Shown: positions 32,277 to 39,256 of the stretch, one piece after another
How the letters are laid out: every line of letters starts with the position of its first letter
How positions within the stretch are numbered: the first letter of the stretch is position 1
IMG/VR virus record: IMGVR_UViG_3300021225_000468
Coordinates: 64,958 to 128,957 of that record
Origin: a virus
Length of the DNA: 64,000 nucleotides
Strand: one strand, 5' to 3'
Notes under the pieces: generated by a model
Databases searched by the model: none
The model's input: the letters and a program-made list of their open reading frames with translations, nothing else
Told to the model about the DNA's origin: nothing
Program-made: the position numbers and the translations under genes

Positions 32277-32320
32277 TGTCCTGTTCAAAGAATGTACTCT
32301 TTGGGCAGGACATTTTTTTT
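32277..32320 (+). terminator. Intrinsic terminator or attenuator between the DUF6745-like gene and the mini-gene array
   Basis: TGTCCTGTTCAAAGA...TCTTTGGGCAGGACA followed by T8. Confidence 0.75.
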
Positions 32321-32323
32321 AAT

Positions 32324-32509
32324 ATGAAAAATATATTTTTTGAAATGTATCGTTTAGATACTGATGAGATTGAAACTAATCTGAGTAATTCTTTTGATGA
32401 AATTTCTATTATCCATGTAAGTGATGAATTGAATACATTACTTTATACAAATATCACACAAGAATTTTGGTTTGAACTTAAACAAGAAATTAATGAATAT
32501 TTACTCTGA
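32324..32509 (+). CDS. Array mini-gene 1 (diverged)
   Basis: MKNIFFE...ELKQEINEYLL. Confidence 0.65.
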   Translation: MKNIFFEMYRLDTDEIETNLSNSFDEISIIHVSDELNTLLYTNITQEFWFELKQEINEYLL

Positions 32510-32672
32510 AACTTTCAAATATAATTTATATTCAAATATCACAGATATATTCCAACAACGTGAATATTTTACACTCATTTATTGTAAATTAGTCAGTCAT
32601 TTAGATGACGTATTATTCATTCAACTTCAAGAAGAATTGTGTAATGAAATAAATTCATTGATAGATGGGTAA
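32493..32672 (+). CDS. Array mini-gene 2 (diverged)
   Basis: MNIYSE...EELCNEINSLIDG. Confidence 0.65.
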   Translation: MNIYSETFKYNLYSNITDIFQQREYFTLIYCKLVSHLDDVLFIQLQEELCNEINSLIDG

Positions 32673-32859
32673 TATTATAGAAAAACTAAGGACAGAACTT
32701 CGTTCACAACTTTTGTTAGAAATTGATTTAATACTTTGGTTAGTACTACAGTCAGAACTTGATTCAAAACTTCGTTCACAACTTTTGTCAGAAATTTTTT
32801 CAGAATTTGGTTTAGACCTTGAAAGAGAAATAAATTCAATTGTAGATGAATACAATTAA
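32665..32859 (+). CDS. Array mini-gene 3
   Basis: MGNIIEKL...EREINSIVDEYN. Confidence 0.75.
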   Translation: MGNIIEKLRTELRSQLLLEIDLILWLVLQSELDSKLRSQLLSEIFSEFGLDLEREINSIVDEYN

Positions 32860-33010
32860 AGAAGAATTTTGGTCAGAACTTTTGTCAGAACTTGATTCAG
32901 AACTTCATGCAGAACTTTGGTCAGAACTTTGGTCAAAACATCGGTCAGAACTTGATTCAGAATTTGATATAGAACTTGAAAGAGAAATAAAATCAATGAT
33001 TGATGGATAA
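32846..33010 (+). CDS. Array mini-gene 4 (not in ORF track)
   Basis: MNTIKEEFWSELLSELDSEL...EREIKSMIDG, 54 aa. Confidence 0.75.
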   Translation: MNTIKEEFWSELLSELDSELHAELWSELWSKHRSELDSEFDIELEREIKSMIDG

Positions 33011-33173
33011 AAATAGAAAAGAACTTTCGTCAGAACTTGATTCTAAACTTAATTCTAAATTTCATTCAGAACTTGATTGGAAACTTCATTTAGACCTTTG
33101 GTTGGGATTTGATTCAGAACATTATATACAACTTCAAAGAGAAATAAATTCAATAATAGATGGCAACTATTAG
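33003..33173 (+). CDS. Array mini-gene 5 (not in ORF track)
   Basis: MDKNRKELSSELDSKL...QREINSIIDGNY, 56 aa. Confidence 0.75.
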   Translation: MDKNRKELSSELDSKLNSKFHSELDWKLHLDLWLGFDSEHYIQLQREINSIIDGNY

Positions 33174-33342
33174 AGAAGAACTAAAGACAGAACTTGATTC
33201 AAAACTTAATTCTAAATTTAAGTCAGAACTTGATGAAATTCTTAATTTAGACCTTTGGTTTGGACTTGGTGTAGAACTTACGTCAGAACTTAATACAGAA
33301 CTCAGACCAGAAATAAAATCAATGATTGATGGACAACATTAG
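33160..33342 (+). CDS. Array mini-gene 6
   Basis: MATIREEL...PEIKSMIDGQH. Confidence 0.75.
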   Translation: MATIREELKTELDSKLNSKFKSELDEILNLDLWFGLGVELTSELNTELRPEIKSMIDGQH

Positions 33343-33538
33343 AAAAAAACTTGGTTGGGAACTTCGGTCAGAACTTGATAGAGAACTTGGTTTAGAACTT
33401 CGTCCAAACCTTCATGCAGAACTTTGGTCAGAACTTGATTGGGAACTTATTTCTGAAATAAATTCAATGATAGATGAAAAACATAAGAGAAGAACTTGTT
33501 TCAAAACTTGGTTCAGAATTTTATTCAGAACTTCATGA
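33329..33538 (+). CDS. Array mini-gene 7 (stop lost, C-terminal extension)
   Basis: MDNIRKKL...SEINSMIDEKH plus extra residues. Confidence 0.7.
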   Translation: MDNIRKKLGWELRSELDRELGLELRPNLHAELWSELDWELISEINSMIDEKHKRRTCFKTWFRILFRTS

Positions 33539-33680
33539 AGAACTTGATAGAAAACTTCATTCAGAACTTTGGTCAAAAATTCGTTTAGAAATTCGGTCAG
33601 AACTTCGGTCAGAACTTTATTTAGAACTTTATTTAGAACTTGAAAGAGAAATAAAATCAATGGTAGATGAAAAACGATAG
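33474..33680 (+). CDS. Array mini-gene 8
   Basis: MKNIREEL...EREIKSMVDEKR. Confidence 0.75.
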   Translation: MKNIREELVSKLGSEFYSELHEELDRKLHSELWSKIRLEIRSELRSELYLELYLELEREIKSMVDEKR

Positions 33681-33849
33681 AGTTGAATTACAATTAAAAT
33701 TTAAATCAGAAATTTATGCGGAATCTAAAGAAAAAATTTGGTTGCCATTTAGAATAGAACTGAGGAGAAAACTTATATTAGTATTATTTGTCGAATTTAG
33801 AGAAGACCTTCGTTCAGAAATAAATTCAATGATAAATGGACAACATTAG
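33667..33849 (+). CDS. Array mini-gene 9
   Basis: MKNDRVEL...SEINSMINGQH. Confidence 0.72.
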   Translation: MKNDRVELQLKFKSEIYAESKEKIWLPFRIELRRKLILVLFVEFREDLRSEINSMINGQH

Positions 33850-34012
33850 AGAAGAACTAAAGACAGAACTTGATTCAACACTTAATTCTAAATTTAATTC
33901 AGAACTTGATGAAAAACTTAATATAGACCTTTATTTAGTACTTTGGTTGAGACTTAGTTCAGAACTTGATTCAGAACTCAGACCAGAAATAAAATCAATG
34001 ATTGATGAATAA
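33836..34012 (+). CDS. Array mini-gene 10 (not in ORF track)
   Basis: MDNIREELKTELDSTL...PEIKSMIDE, 58 aa; close paralogue of gene 6. Confidence 0.75.
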   Translation: MDNIREELKTELDSTLNSKFNSELDEKLNIDLYLVLWLRLSSELDSELRPEIKSMIDE

Positions 34013-34193
34013 CATTAGAAAAGAACTTTTGTCAGAACTTGATTCAAAACTTTGGTCAGAACTTCATCCGAAACTTTACTCAAAAGTTGATGTAAAACTT
34101 CGATTAGAACTTGATACATTTTTTCATTTAGAACTTTATACAGAATTTGATTTAGAACTTAATAGAGAAATTTATTCAATGATATATGAATAA
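34005..34193 (+). CDS. Array mini-gene 11
   Basis: MNNIRKEL...REIYSMIYE. Confidence 0.75.
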   Translation: MNNIRKELLSELDSKLWSELHPKLYSKVDVKLRLELDTFFHLELYTEFDLELNREIYSMIYE

Positions 34194-34410
34194 CATTAGA
34201 GAAGAACTTCGGTCAGAACTTGATTCAGAACTTTGGTCAGAACTTCATACAGAACTTCGGTCAGAACTTGGTTCAGAACTTTGGTCAGAACTTGGTTCAG
34301 AACTTGATAGAGAACTTCGTTCAGAACTTTATTCAGAACTTTGGTCAGAACTTGATTCAGACCTTAATTCTGAACTTCAAAGAGAAATAAATTCAATGAT
34401 AAATGAATAG
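34186..34410 (+). CDS. Array mini-gene 12 (longest, purest SELx repeat)
   Basis: MNNIREELRSELDSELWSEL...REINSMINE. Confidence 0.78.
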   Translation: MNNIREELRSELDSELWSELHTELRSELGSELWSELGSELDRELRSELYSELWSELDSDLNSELQREINSMINE

Positions 34411-34585
34411 CTTAAAAGAAACACTAAAGACAGAACTTCATTCAAAATTTCGTTCACAACTTGATTCAGAACTTTGCACAAAACTTTGGTCAGAACTTCG
34501 TTCAGGTCTTTATTCAGAACTTTGGTCAGAACTTGTTTCAGAACTTCAAAGAGAAATAAATTCAATGATATATGAAAAACATTAA
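34403..34585 (+). CDS. Array mini-gene 13
   Basis: MNSLKETL...REINSMIYEKH. Confidence 0.75.
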   Translation: MNSLKETLKTELHSKFRSQLDSELCTKLWSELRSGLYSELWSELVSELQREINSMIYEKH

Positions 34586-34706
34586 TGAAGAACTAAAGAC
34601 AGAACTTCATTCAGAACTTTATTCAGAACTTTATTCAGAACTTGATTTAGAATTTCATTCAGAACTTGATAGAGAAATTTATTCAATGATATATGAAAAA
34701 CATTAA
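34572..34706 (+). CDS. Array mini-gene 14 (shortest; not in ORF track)
   Basis: MKNINEELKTELHSELYSEL...REIYSMIYEKH, 44 aa. Confidence 0.72.
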   Translation: MKNINEELKTELHSELYSELYSELDLEFHSELDREIYSMIYEKH

Positions 34707-34905
34707 TGAAGAACTTCATACAGAACTTCGGTTAGGACTTCGGTCAAAACTTGATTCAGAACTTCTGTCAAAACTTGATTCAGAACTTTGGTCAGAACTT
34801 GATAGAGAACTTCATTCAGAACTTGATTTAGAACTTTATTCAGAACTTGATTTAGAACTTCATTCAGAACTTGATAGAGAAATTTATTCAATGATTGATG
34901 AATAA
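34693..34905 (+). CDS. Array mini-gene 15
   Basis: MKNINEEL...REIYSMIDE. Confidence 0.75.
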   Translation: MKNINEELHTELRLGLRSKLDSELLSKLDSELWSELDRELHSELDLELYSELDLELHSELDREIYSMIDE

Positions 34906-35080
34906 CATTAGAAAAGAACTTTGGTCAGAACTTTGGTCAGAAATTTATTCAGAACTTCGGTCAGAACTTCTTTCAGAACTTCGGTTAGGACTTCGGTTAG
35001 GACTTCGGTCAAAACTTGATTCAGAACTTTGGTCAGAACTCGGAGCAGAAATAAATTCAATGATTGATGATGAACAATAA
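34898..35080 (+). CDS. Array mini-gene 16
   Basis: MNNIRKEL...AEINSMIDDEQ. Confidence 0.75.
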   Translation: MNNIRKELWSELWSEIYSELRSELLSELRLGLRLGLRSKLDSELWSELGAEINSMIDDEQ

Positions 35081-35273
35081 AATAATAACCAACACTCTTA
35101 CGGATACATATCCACCATATCTGTACGAAGTTTTATATAGAACTTTGGACAATGAAACTTATTTATATCTCAGTCCTTTTTTATTTTCAAAATTAAGTAG
35201 GGAAATGAATGATTTTTCTAACCATTTAAGATTTGAATTACAATTTGCAATAAAAGAAATGTTAGATGAATAA
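35067..35273 (+). CDS. Array mini-gene 17 (diverged)
   Basis: MMNNKII...ELQFAIKEMLDE; junctions conserved, repeat eroded. Confidence 0.65.
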   Translation: MMNNKIITNTLTDTYPPYLYEVLYRTLDNETYLYLSPFLFSKLSREMNDFSNHLRFELQFAIKEMLDE

Positions 35274-35442
35274 CATAATAGATAATATTAAAAAAGAAAT
35301 TTATTTTGAATTTCAGATAAAATTATGGTCCGAAATTCGGTCAAACATTGATATAGAATTTAGTTTAAAACTTGATTCAGAACTTGATTCAGACTTTTAT
35401 TCAGAACTCAGTACAGAAATAGATTCAATGATATATGGGTAA
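35266..35442 (+). CDS. Array mini-gene 18 (not in ORF track)
   Basis: MNNIIDNIKKEIY...TEIDSMIYG, 58 aa. Confidence 0.72.
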   Translation: MNNIIDNIKKEIYFEFQIKLWSEIRSNIDIEFSLKLDSELDSDFYSELSTEIDSMIYG

Positions 35443-35641
35443 AATAAAAATAGAACTAACGACAGAATTATATTTAAAACTTTATTCAGAATTTGGGACA
35501 GAACTTTTTTTAGAAATTGATTTAAAACTTCTGTTAGAACTTCTGTTAGAACTTGAATCAGAACTTCGGTCAGAACTTCATTCAGAACTTGATTCAGAAC
35601 TCAGACCTGAAATAAATTCAATGATAAATGAAAAACATTAG
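35435..35641 (+). CDS. Array mini-gene 19
   Basis: MGKIKIEL...PEINSMINEKH. Confidence 0.75.
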   Translation: MGKIKIELTTELYLKLYSEFGTELFLEIDLKLLLELLLELESELRSELHSELDSELRPEINSMINEKH

Positions 35642-35810
35642 AACAAGACTTAAATCAGAACTTTATTTAGAACTTCGGTCAGAACTTAATTCAGAACTTG
35701 ATTCAGAACTTTGGTCAGAACTTGATTCAGAACTTGATTTTGACCTTGATTCAGAACTTTGGTCAGAACTTGATAGAGAAATTTATTCAATGGTATATGA
35801 AAAACATTAG
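35628..35810 (+). CDS. Array mini-gene 20
   Basis: MKNIRTRL...REIYSMVYEKH. Confidence 0.75.
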   Translation: MKNIRTRLKSELYLELRSELNSELDSELWSELDSELDFDLDSELWSELDREIYSMVYEKH

Positions 35811-36003
35811 AGAAAAACTTTGGTCAAAAATTCGTTTAGAACTTCGGTCAGAACTTGAATCAGAACTTCGTTCAAAACTTGATTTAGAACTTGAATCAGA
35901 ACTTTATTTAGAACTTGAAATAGTACTTTATTCAGAACTTCGGTCAGAACTTGATTGGGAACTTTGGTCAGAAATAAATTCAATGATTGATGAAAAACAT
36001 TAG
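35797..36003 (+). CDS. Array mini-gene 21
   Basis: MKNIREKL...SEINSMIDEKH. Confidence 0.75.
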   Translation: MKNIREKLWSKIRLELRSELESELRSKLDLELESELYLELEIVLYSELRSELDWELWSEINSMIDEKH

Positions 36004-36160
36004 GGAAGAACTCGCAGAAAAAATGCACACAATCACCCTATCCATTGATTTGGAACACAAACAACATATGGATGAATTATTATATAAGAATGTGTACATC
36101 AATTTAATTGATGATGACCATGCCATAGATATGATAAATTTACAAACTATAATTCCTTAG
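35990..36160 (+). CDS. Array mini-gene 22 (terminal, diverged; not in ORF track)
   Basis: MKNIREEL start, then non-repeat sequence, 56 aa. Confidence 0.6.
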   Translation: MKNIREELAEKMHTITLSIDLEHKQHMDELLYKNVYINLIDDDHAIDMINLQTIIP

Positions 36161-36253
36161 TTTTAAAACGATTTTCACAATATTTATAAAAAAAGACCAC
36201 AAAATTTTTTTATATCAATAATAACTCTTACTTTTACTAATAAATCAACAATT

Positions 36254-36628
36254 ATGAAATTCAAAAACAGTAACTTCCATCAAGGAGACACCCAATGGTT
36301 CGCCATCAACGCCATCCCCAAAGATGCAAAAAAGATTGAAAAACAATTCATCGCAGCATCCGAAAGGTCAGGGTCCTTCCACGCACTCTTCGGAAACTAT
36401 GACATGTACGAAGTAGAAGACGGGTTCGTAATCGATGCAAAAGAAGAATGCATCCTGAACCACTCACTGAAAGAAGTACTCCAAAATACAGGAGTATCCC
36501 TCAGTGAAGCCAAAGTCCTCCCCAAAAAAGACCACAGACATACCGTAATCCCCAAAGGAATCCACTTCGTTGGTATCCAACAACGCTTCGACCCCCTCAA
36601 AGGTCTGAAAGAAAAAGTTCGTGACTAA
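36254..36628 (+). CDS. DUF6745-associated partner protein (QGD / His motif family)
   Basis: HQGD...IAASERSGSFH...DH....IPKG....IQQRFDP....VRD resembles the RQGDV / GE.TGH.H / H..I.LP.G / Q.EYDP...V.D protein usually adjacent to DUF6745 genes (from recall). Confidence 0.68.
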   Translation: MKFKNSNFHQGDTQWFAINAIPKDAKKIEKQFIAASERSGSFHALFGNYDMYEVEDGFVIDAKEECILNHSLKEVLQNTGVSLSEAKVLPKKDHRHTVIPKGIHFVGIQQRFDPLKGLKEKVRD

Positions 36629-36683
36629 TTTGGTTTTTATGCGTAAGTTTGTTATCTTTGTAATAGATTAACGTTCTTTGACA
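36629..36683 (+). promoter_or_regulatory. Bacteroidota-type promoter plus boxA-like element heading the tRNA cluster
   Basis: TTTG(36629)-N20-TATCTTTG(36653); CGTTCTTTGACA at 36672. Confidence 0.65.
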
Positions 36684-36728
36684 TACAAAAACAAAAACAT
36701 CAGTCTGACAGTCTTGTTGGACTGAGAT

Positions 36729-37012
36729 GCTCCGATGATGGAACTGGGAGACATGAAGGACTTATACAATTTGAGTGCTTAGGAGGAAACTCCTAATGTA
36801 GAATTCCGTAAATTCGGTGAACCCTGAAATGGGAATACCGAGCCAAGCCTTAGAAATAAGGAAGGTGTAGAGACTAAACACGGAACACCTAAATCGAAAG
36901 ATATGGTGAAGATATAGTCCAGACCACAAACAGAGATGGTAGCGAAAGCTATAGTGGTAAGAAAATCCTTTTCGCAGTAATGTGAGTGCGGGTTCGAATC
37001 CCGCTTGGAGCA
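36729..37012 (+). tRNA. trnL: tRNA-Leu(UAA), intron-containing (exons 36729-36763 and 36962-37012)
   Basis: Acceptor GCTCCGA/TTGGAGC-A; spliced anticodon arm AAGGA-CTT^AAAA-TCCTT; long variable arm; GGTTCGAATCC. Confidence 0.9.
36764..36961 (+). mobile_element. Group I intron (198 nt, no ORF) in the tRNA-Leu anticodon
   Basis: Follows U and ends in G; core elements AAATTCGGTGAA (P), AATACCGAGC (Q), GTAGAGACTA (R), AAGATATAGTCC (S). Confidence 0.88.
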
Positions 37013-37049
37013 CTTTAACACTGTTTCTTTGAAAAAAAGGAGTATAAAA

Positions 37050-37328
37050 ATGGATATATTATCATTTGTTTTAGGAATTGGAGCAGTAGTGGTTGTAACT
37101 GGAAATATAGTTGCTATTGTTTCTTTTGTTAAGGTGAATAATCAAAGAACAGAATTAGAAAGTCTAAAAGAATCTATGTCACGAAGAGCCGATGAATTTG
37201 AGTTTTCAATTTCTCGTCAATTTGAAAATGAACATAGAGATAGAGAAAGTATAGTTCACGAAATTTATAGAACTATAGATTCCAGACTTGATAAACTTGA
37301 AAATAAACTTAAAGGCGAAAAGCCATAA
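37050..37328 (+). CDS. Membrane-anchored coiled-coil protein
   Basis: N-terminal TM helix followed by coiled coil. Confidence 0.65.
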   Translation: MDILSFVLGIGAVVVVTGNIVAIVSFVKVNNQRTELESLKESMSRRADEFEFSISRQFENEHRDRESIVHEIYRTIDSRLDKLENKLKGEKP

Positions 37329-37391
37329 ACAATAAATAAAAAGTTTAAAGAAATAGTGTTAAATTAGGGGGGACAACAATTCCCCCTTTTT

Positions 37392-37465
37392 GGTCCCGTA
37401 ACTCAGATGAATAGAGTGCAATCCTTCTAAGATTGAAGTCACAGGTTTGAATCCTGTCGGGACTA
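37392..37465 (+). tRNA. tRNA-Arg(UCU)
   Basis: GGTCCCG/CGGGACT-A; CAATC-CTTCTAA-GATTG; T-loop TTTGAAT. Confidence 0.88.
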
Positions 37466-37586
37466 CTGATTCAGTTTGCCCGTGGTAACGACCCGTTAGG
37501 AGAAATTCTAACGGGTTTCTGTAATCAAAATCCAAGCGATGTCTCACTGTTGTTTGGGCTAAATGTGAGGAAAAAACGGGATGTTT

Positions 37587-37657
37587 AGTCAGGTGGTGTA
37601 ATGGTAGCATAACAGACTTTGACTCTGTTTGTATAGGTTCGAATCCTGTCCTGACTG
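37587..37657 (+). tRNA. tRNA-Gln(UUG)
   Basis: AGTCAGG/CCTGACT-G; ACAGA-CTTTGAC-TCTGT; GGTTCGAATCC. Confidence 0.82.
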
Positions 37658-37744
37658 CTAGGTAAGTTCCATGTAAAATGTCAGGGTCTATGAACATGGT
37701 GACCACTAGAAAGAGAGTTGACAGCTGGAAACGAGACAGCAAAT

Positions 37745-37857
37745 AGTCAGGTGGCGGAATTGGTAGACGCTATGGTTAGACTGGATAGCAACCAGCATAC
37801 GGCTTTGTAACAAGCACCGAAGGTAGCACCATACAGGTTCAAATCCTGTCCTGACTA
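37745..37857 (+). ncRNA. tRNA-like RNA A (anticodon loop replaced by a multi-hairpin domain)
   Basis: AGTCAGG/CCTGACT-A, D-arm GGCGGAATTGGTAGACGC, ATGGT/ACCAT stem enclosing three small hairpins, T-arm ACAGG-TTCAAAT-CCTGT. Confidence 0.75.
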
Positions 37858-37887
37858 CATACATTTAAAAATCAAAAAACGATTAAA

Positions 37888-38043
37888 ATGTTAAACATTA
37901 CAATCAAAACAGAAAACGGCTCACGTTCTTTAGGCTTCAGCCAAATTTTAGTAGATTATATTACTAAAACTGAAAGATGGAATTATGTATTCGATTGTTT
38001 AGTTAATGGAAATAGAATAGACAAAACTAATTGGGATTATTAA
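37888..38043 (+). CDS. Small hypothetical protein between tRNA-like RNAs
   Basis: 51-aa ORF (MLNITIKTEN...) filling the spacer. Confidence 0.5.
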   Translation: MLNITIKTENGSRSLGFSQILVDYITKTERWNYVFDCLVNGNRIDKTNWDY

Positions 38044-38048
38044 AATAC

Positions 38049-38149
38049 AGTCAGGTGGTGAAACAGAGCAGACGCAGCTAACCGATGGCAGATTGATACG
38101 TTCGGAAGGCGGTAAATCAATCGTACAGGTTCGAATCCTGTCCTGACTA
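38049..38149 (+). ncRNA. tRNA-like RNA B
   Basis: Same acceptor and T arm; shrunken GCTA-ACCGA-TGGC arm; long GATTGAT/ATCAATC arm. Confidence 0.72.
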
Positions 38150-38194
38150 CTATGGGTTGGTTCACACTATACAACGAATAGAGGAAGTGTAAAC

Positions 38195-38306
38195 AGTCAG
38201 GTGGCGAAATTGGTAGACGCTAACGTCCCGTGTAAGAGTGTCAGGTATGCATGGTTAGCCGAAAGGTAAAGATACTCACTTACAGGTTCGAATCCTGTCC
38301 TGACTA
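38195..38306 (+). ncRNA. tRNA-like RNA C
   Basis: Same acceptor, D and T arms; about 60-nt non-canonical centre with a CC-GAAA-GG hairpin. Confidence 0.72.
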
Positions 38307-38314
38307 CTAAATAC

Positions 38315-38420
38315 GGGGTGAGTTCTTGTTTGGGTTAGACTCCCAAGTATCGGTTGTAACCGAGAGGAATATCGGAATAAAAGGTCGCTCCTTAAATGGG
38401 TTCGAATCCCATCCACCCCA
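38315..38420 (+). ncRNA. tRNA-like RNA with a different acceptor stem
   Basis: GGGGTG/CACCCC-A, T-arm ATGGG-TTCGAAT-CCCAT, hairpins TTGGG/CCCAA and TCGGT/ACCGA; no 7-nt anticodon loop. Confidence 0.55.
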
Positions 38421-38432
38421 CAAAATAGTATT

Positions 38433-38567
38433 ATGATGAGACGAGTTGTAAAAAGTAAAATAGGGTATTTTTCAATACTAAATCCAACCAAAGTTATCAG
38501 AGCATGGAACAAGCACAAAGCAGCTAAAAAACTTAAAACAGAAATTAACAATATAAGAGAGAAATAA
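38433..38567 (+). CDS. Small basic hypothetical protein
   Basis: 44-aa ORF filling the spacer between tRNA-like RNAs. Confidence 0.4.
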   Translation: MMRRVVKSKIGYFSILNPTKVIRAWNKHKAAKKLKTEINNIREK

Positions 38568-38572
38568 AATTT

Positions 38573-38721
38573 GGTCAGGTGGCGAAACTGAGCAGACGCT
38601 GTGAGAGTATGTGTATGACTCCGTTAGGTTCGTGTATCGATATTAACGAGAATTAGTAGATGAATTCAAAGATAAAAGCACATACAAAATCTACATACAG
38701 GTTCGAATCCTGTCCTGACTA
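38573..38721 (+). ncRNA. tRNA-like RNA D (longest insert)
   Basis: GGTCAGG/CCTGACT-A; insert of about 95 nt closed by GTATGTG/CACATAC; canonical T arm. Confidence 0.72.
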
Positions 38722-38736
38722 CAAAAAATAAAAGTT

Positions 38737-38946
38737 ATGTTGGAAAAAGATTTAGAAGTATACGATGTATGGGAGTCTCCAAATGGTAACCTTTTTATCA
38801 AGGTTTGTGATGAATTTTCAATTGCCATTGGTGCTAAAGGGAATCACGCACCTAACTTTGAATTGAGAGAGTTGGAGAGAAGTCAATACGTTAAATCAAG
38901 CGATGTCGTACCAGTAAAAAAAGTAGGGAAGATAGTATTTGATTAA
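38737..38946 (+). CDS. Hypothetical protein
   Basis: 69-aa ORF filling the spacer. Confidence 0.6.
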   Translation: MLEKDLEVYDVWESPNGNLFIKVCDEFSIAIGAKGNHAPNFELRELERSQYVKSSDVVPVKKVGKIVFD

Positions 38947-38950
38947 AAAC

Positions 38951-39060
38951 AGTCAGGTGGCGAAATTGGTAAACGCTATCCTCGCAAGGGAAATGGAGAA
39001 GCCTACTAAGTAAAGTCCTGTGGTAAAAGTCCAATGCAGGTTCGAATCCTGTCCTGACTA
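38951..39060 (+). ncRNA. tRNA-like RNA E
   Basis: AGTCAGG/CCTGACT-A; TCCT-CGCAA-GGGA arm; TGGA/TCCA-closed extra domain; T arm. Confidence 0.72.
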
Positions 39061-39073
39061 CAAAAATGATATT

Positions 39074-39256
39074 ATGAAATACCATCAAAGGTTTATTGAA
39101 TCTCAACGAAGAATTGATTGGTATATTGATGGATATCATGTACATTGCATACCACATACGGTATTCAAAAACATGCCGACTGAAAGAATTGTTGAACTTT
39201 ACAATGTTGATATGTCTTATTTTAGACCAATAAATTGCTCTTGTCCTGACTACTAA
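39074..39256 (+). CDS. Hypothetical protein ending in a tRNA 3'-end remnant
   Basis: 60-aa ORF whose last codons are TGTCCTGACTAC. Confidence 0.5.
   Translation: MKYHQRFIESQRRIDWYIDGYHVHCIPHTVFKNMPTERIVELYNVDMSYFRPINCSCPDY

Larger units (their letters stand above)
32324..36160 (+). repeat. Tandem array of 22 overlapping paralogous mini-genes built from the 12-nt unit TCAGAACTTnnn (S-E-L-x)
   Basis: Conserved junction GAAAT(A/T)(A/T)A(T/A)TCAATGAT(A/T)NATG(A/G)A(A/T)AACATT; more than 100 degenerate 12-mers. Confidence 0.95.

Noticed and set aside
33412-36028. Minus-strand (VLNQ)n ORFs and alternative-frame (QNLI)n ORFs in the array
   Set aside because: These are shadows of the 12-nt repeat and lack the conserved starts and coupling seen in the SELx frame.
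32324-36160. CRISPR array interpretation of the periodic repeat
   Set aside because: Units are 121-217 nt, internally repetitive and protein-coding, with no unique spacers and no cas genes in the window.
32324-36160. Diversity-generating retroelement
   Set aside because: No reverse transcriptase is present in the window, variation is not adenine-specific, and there is no TR/VR pair.
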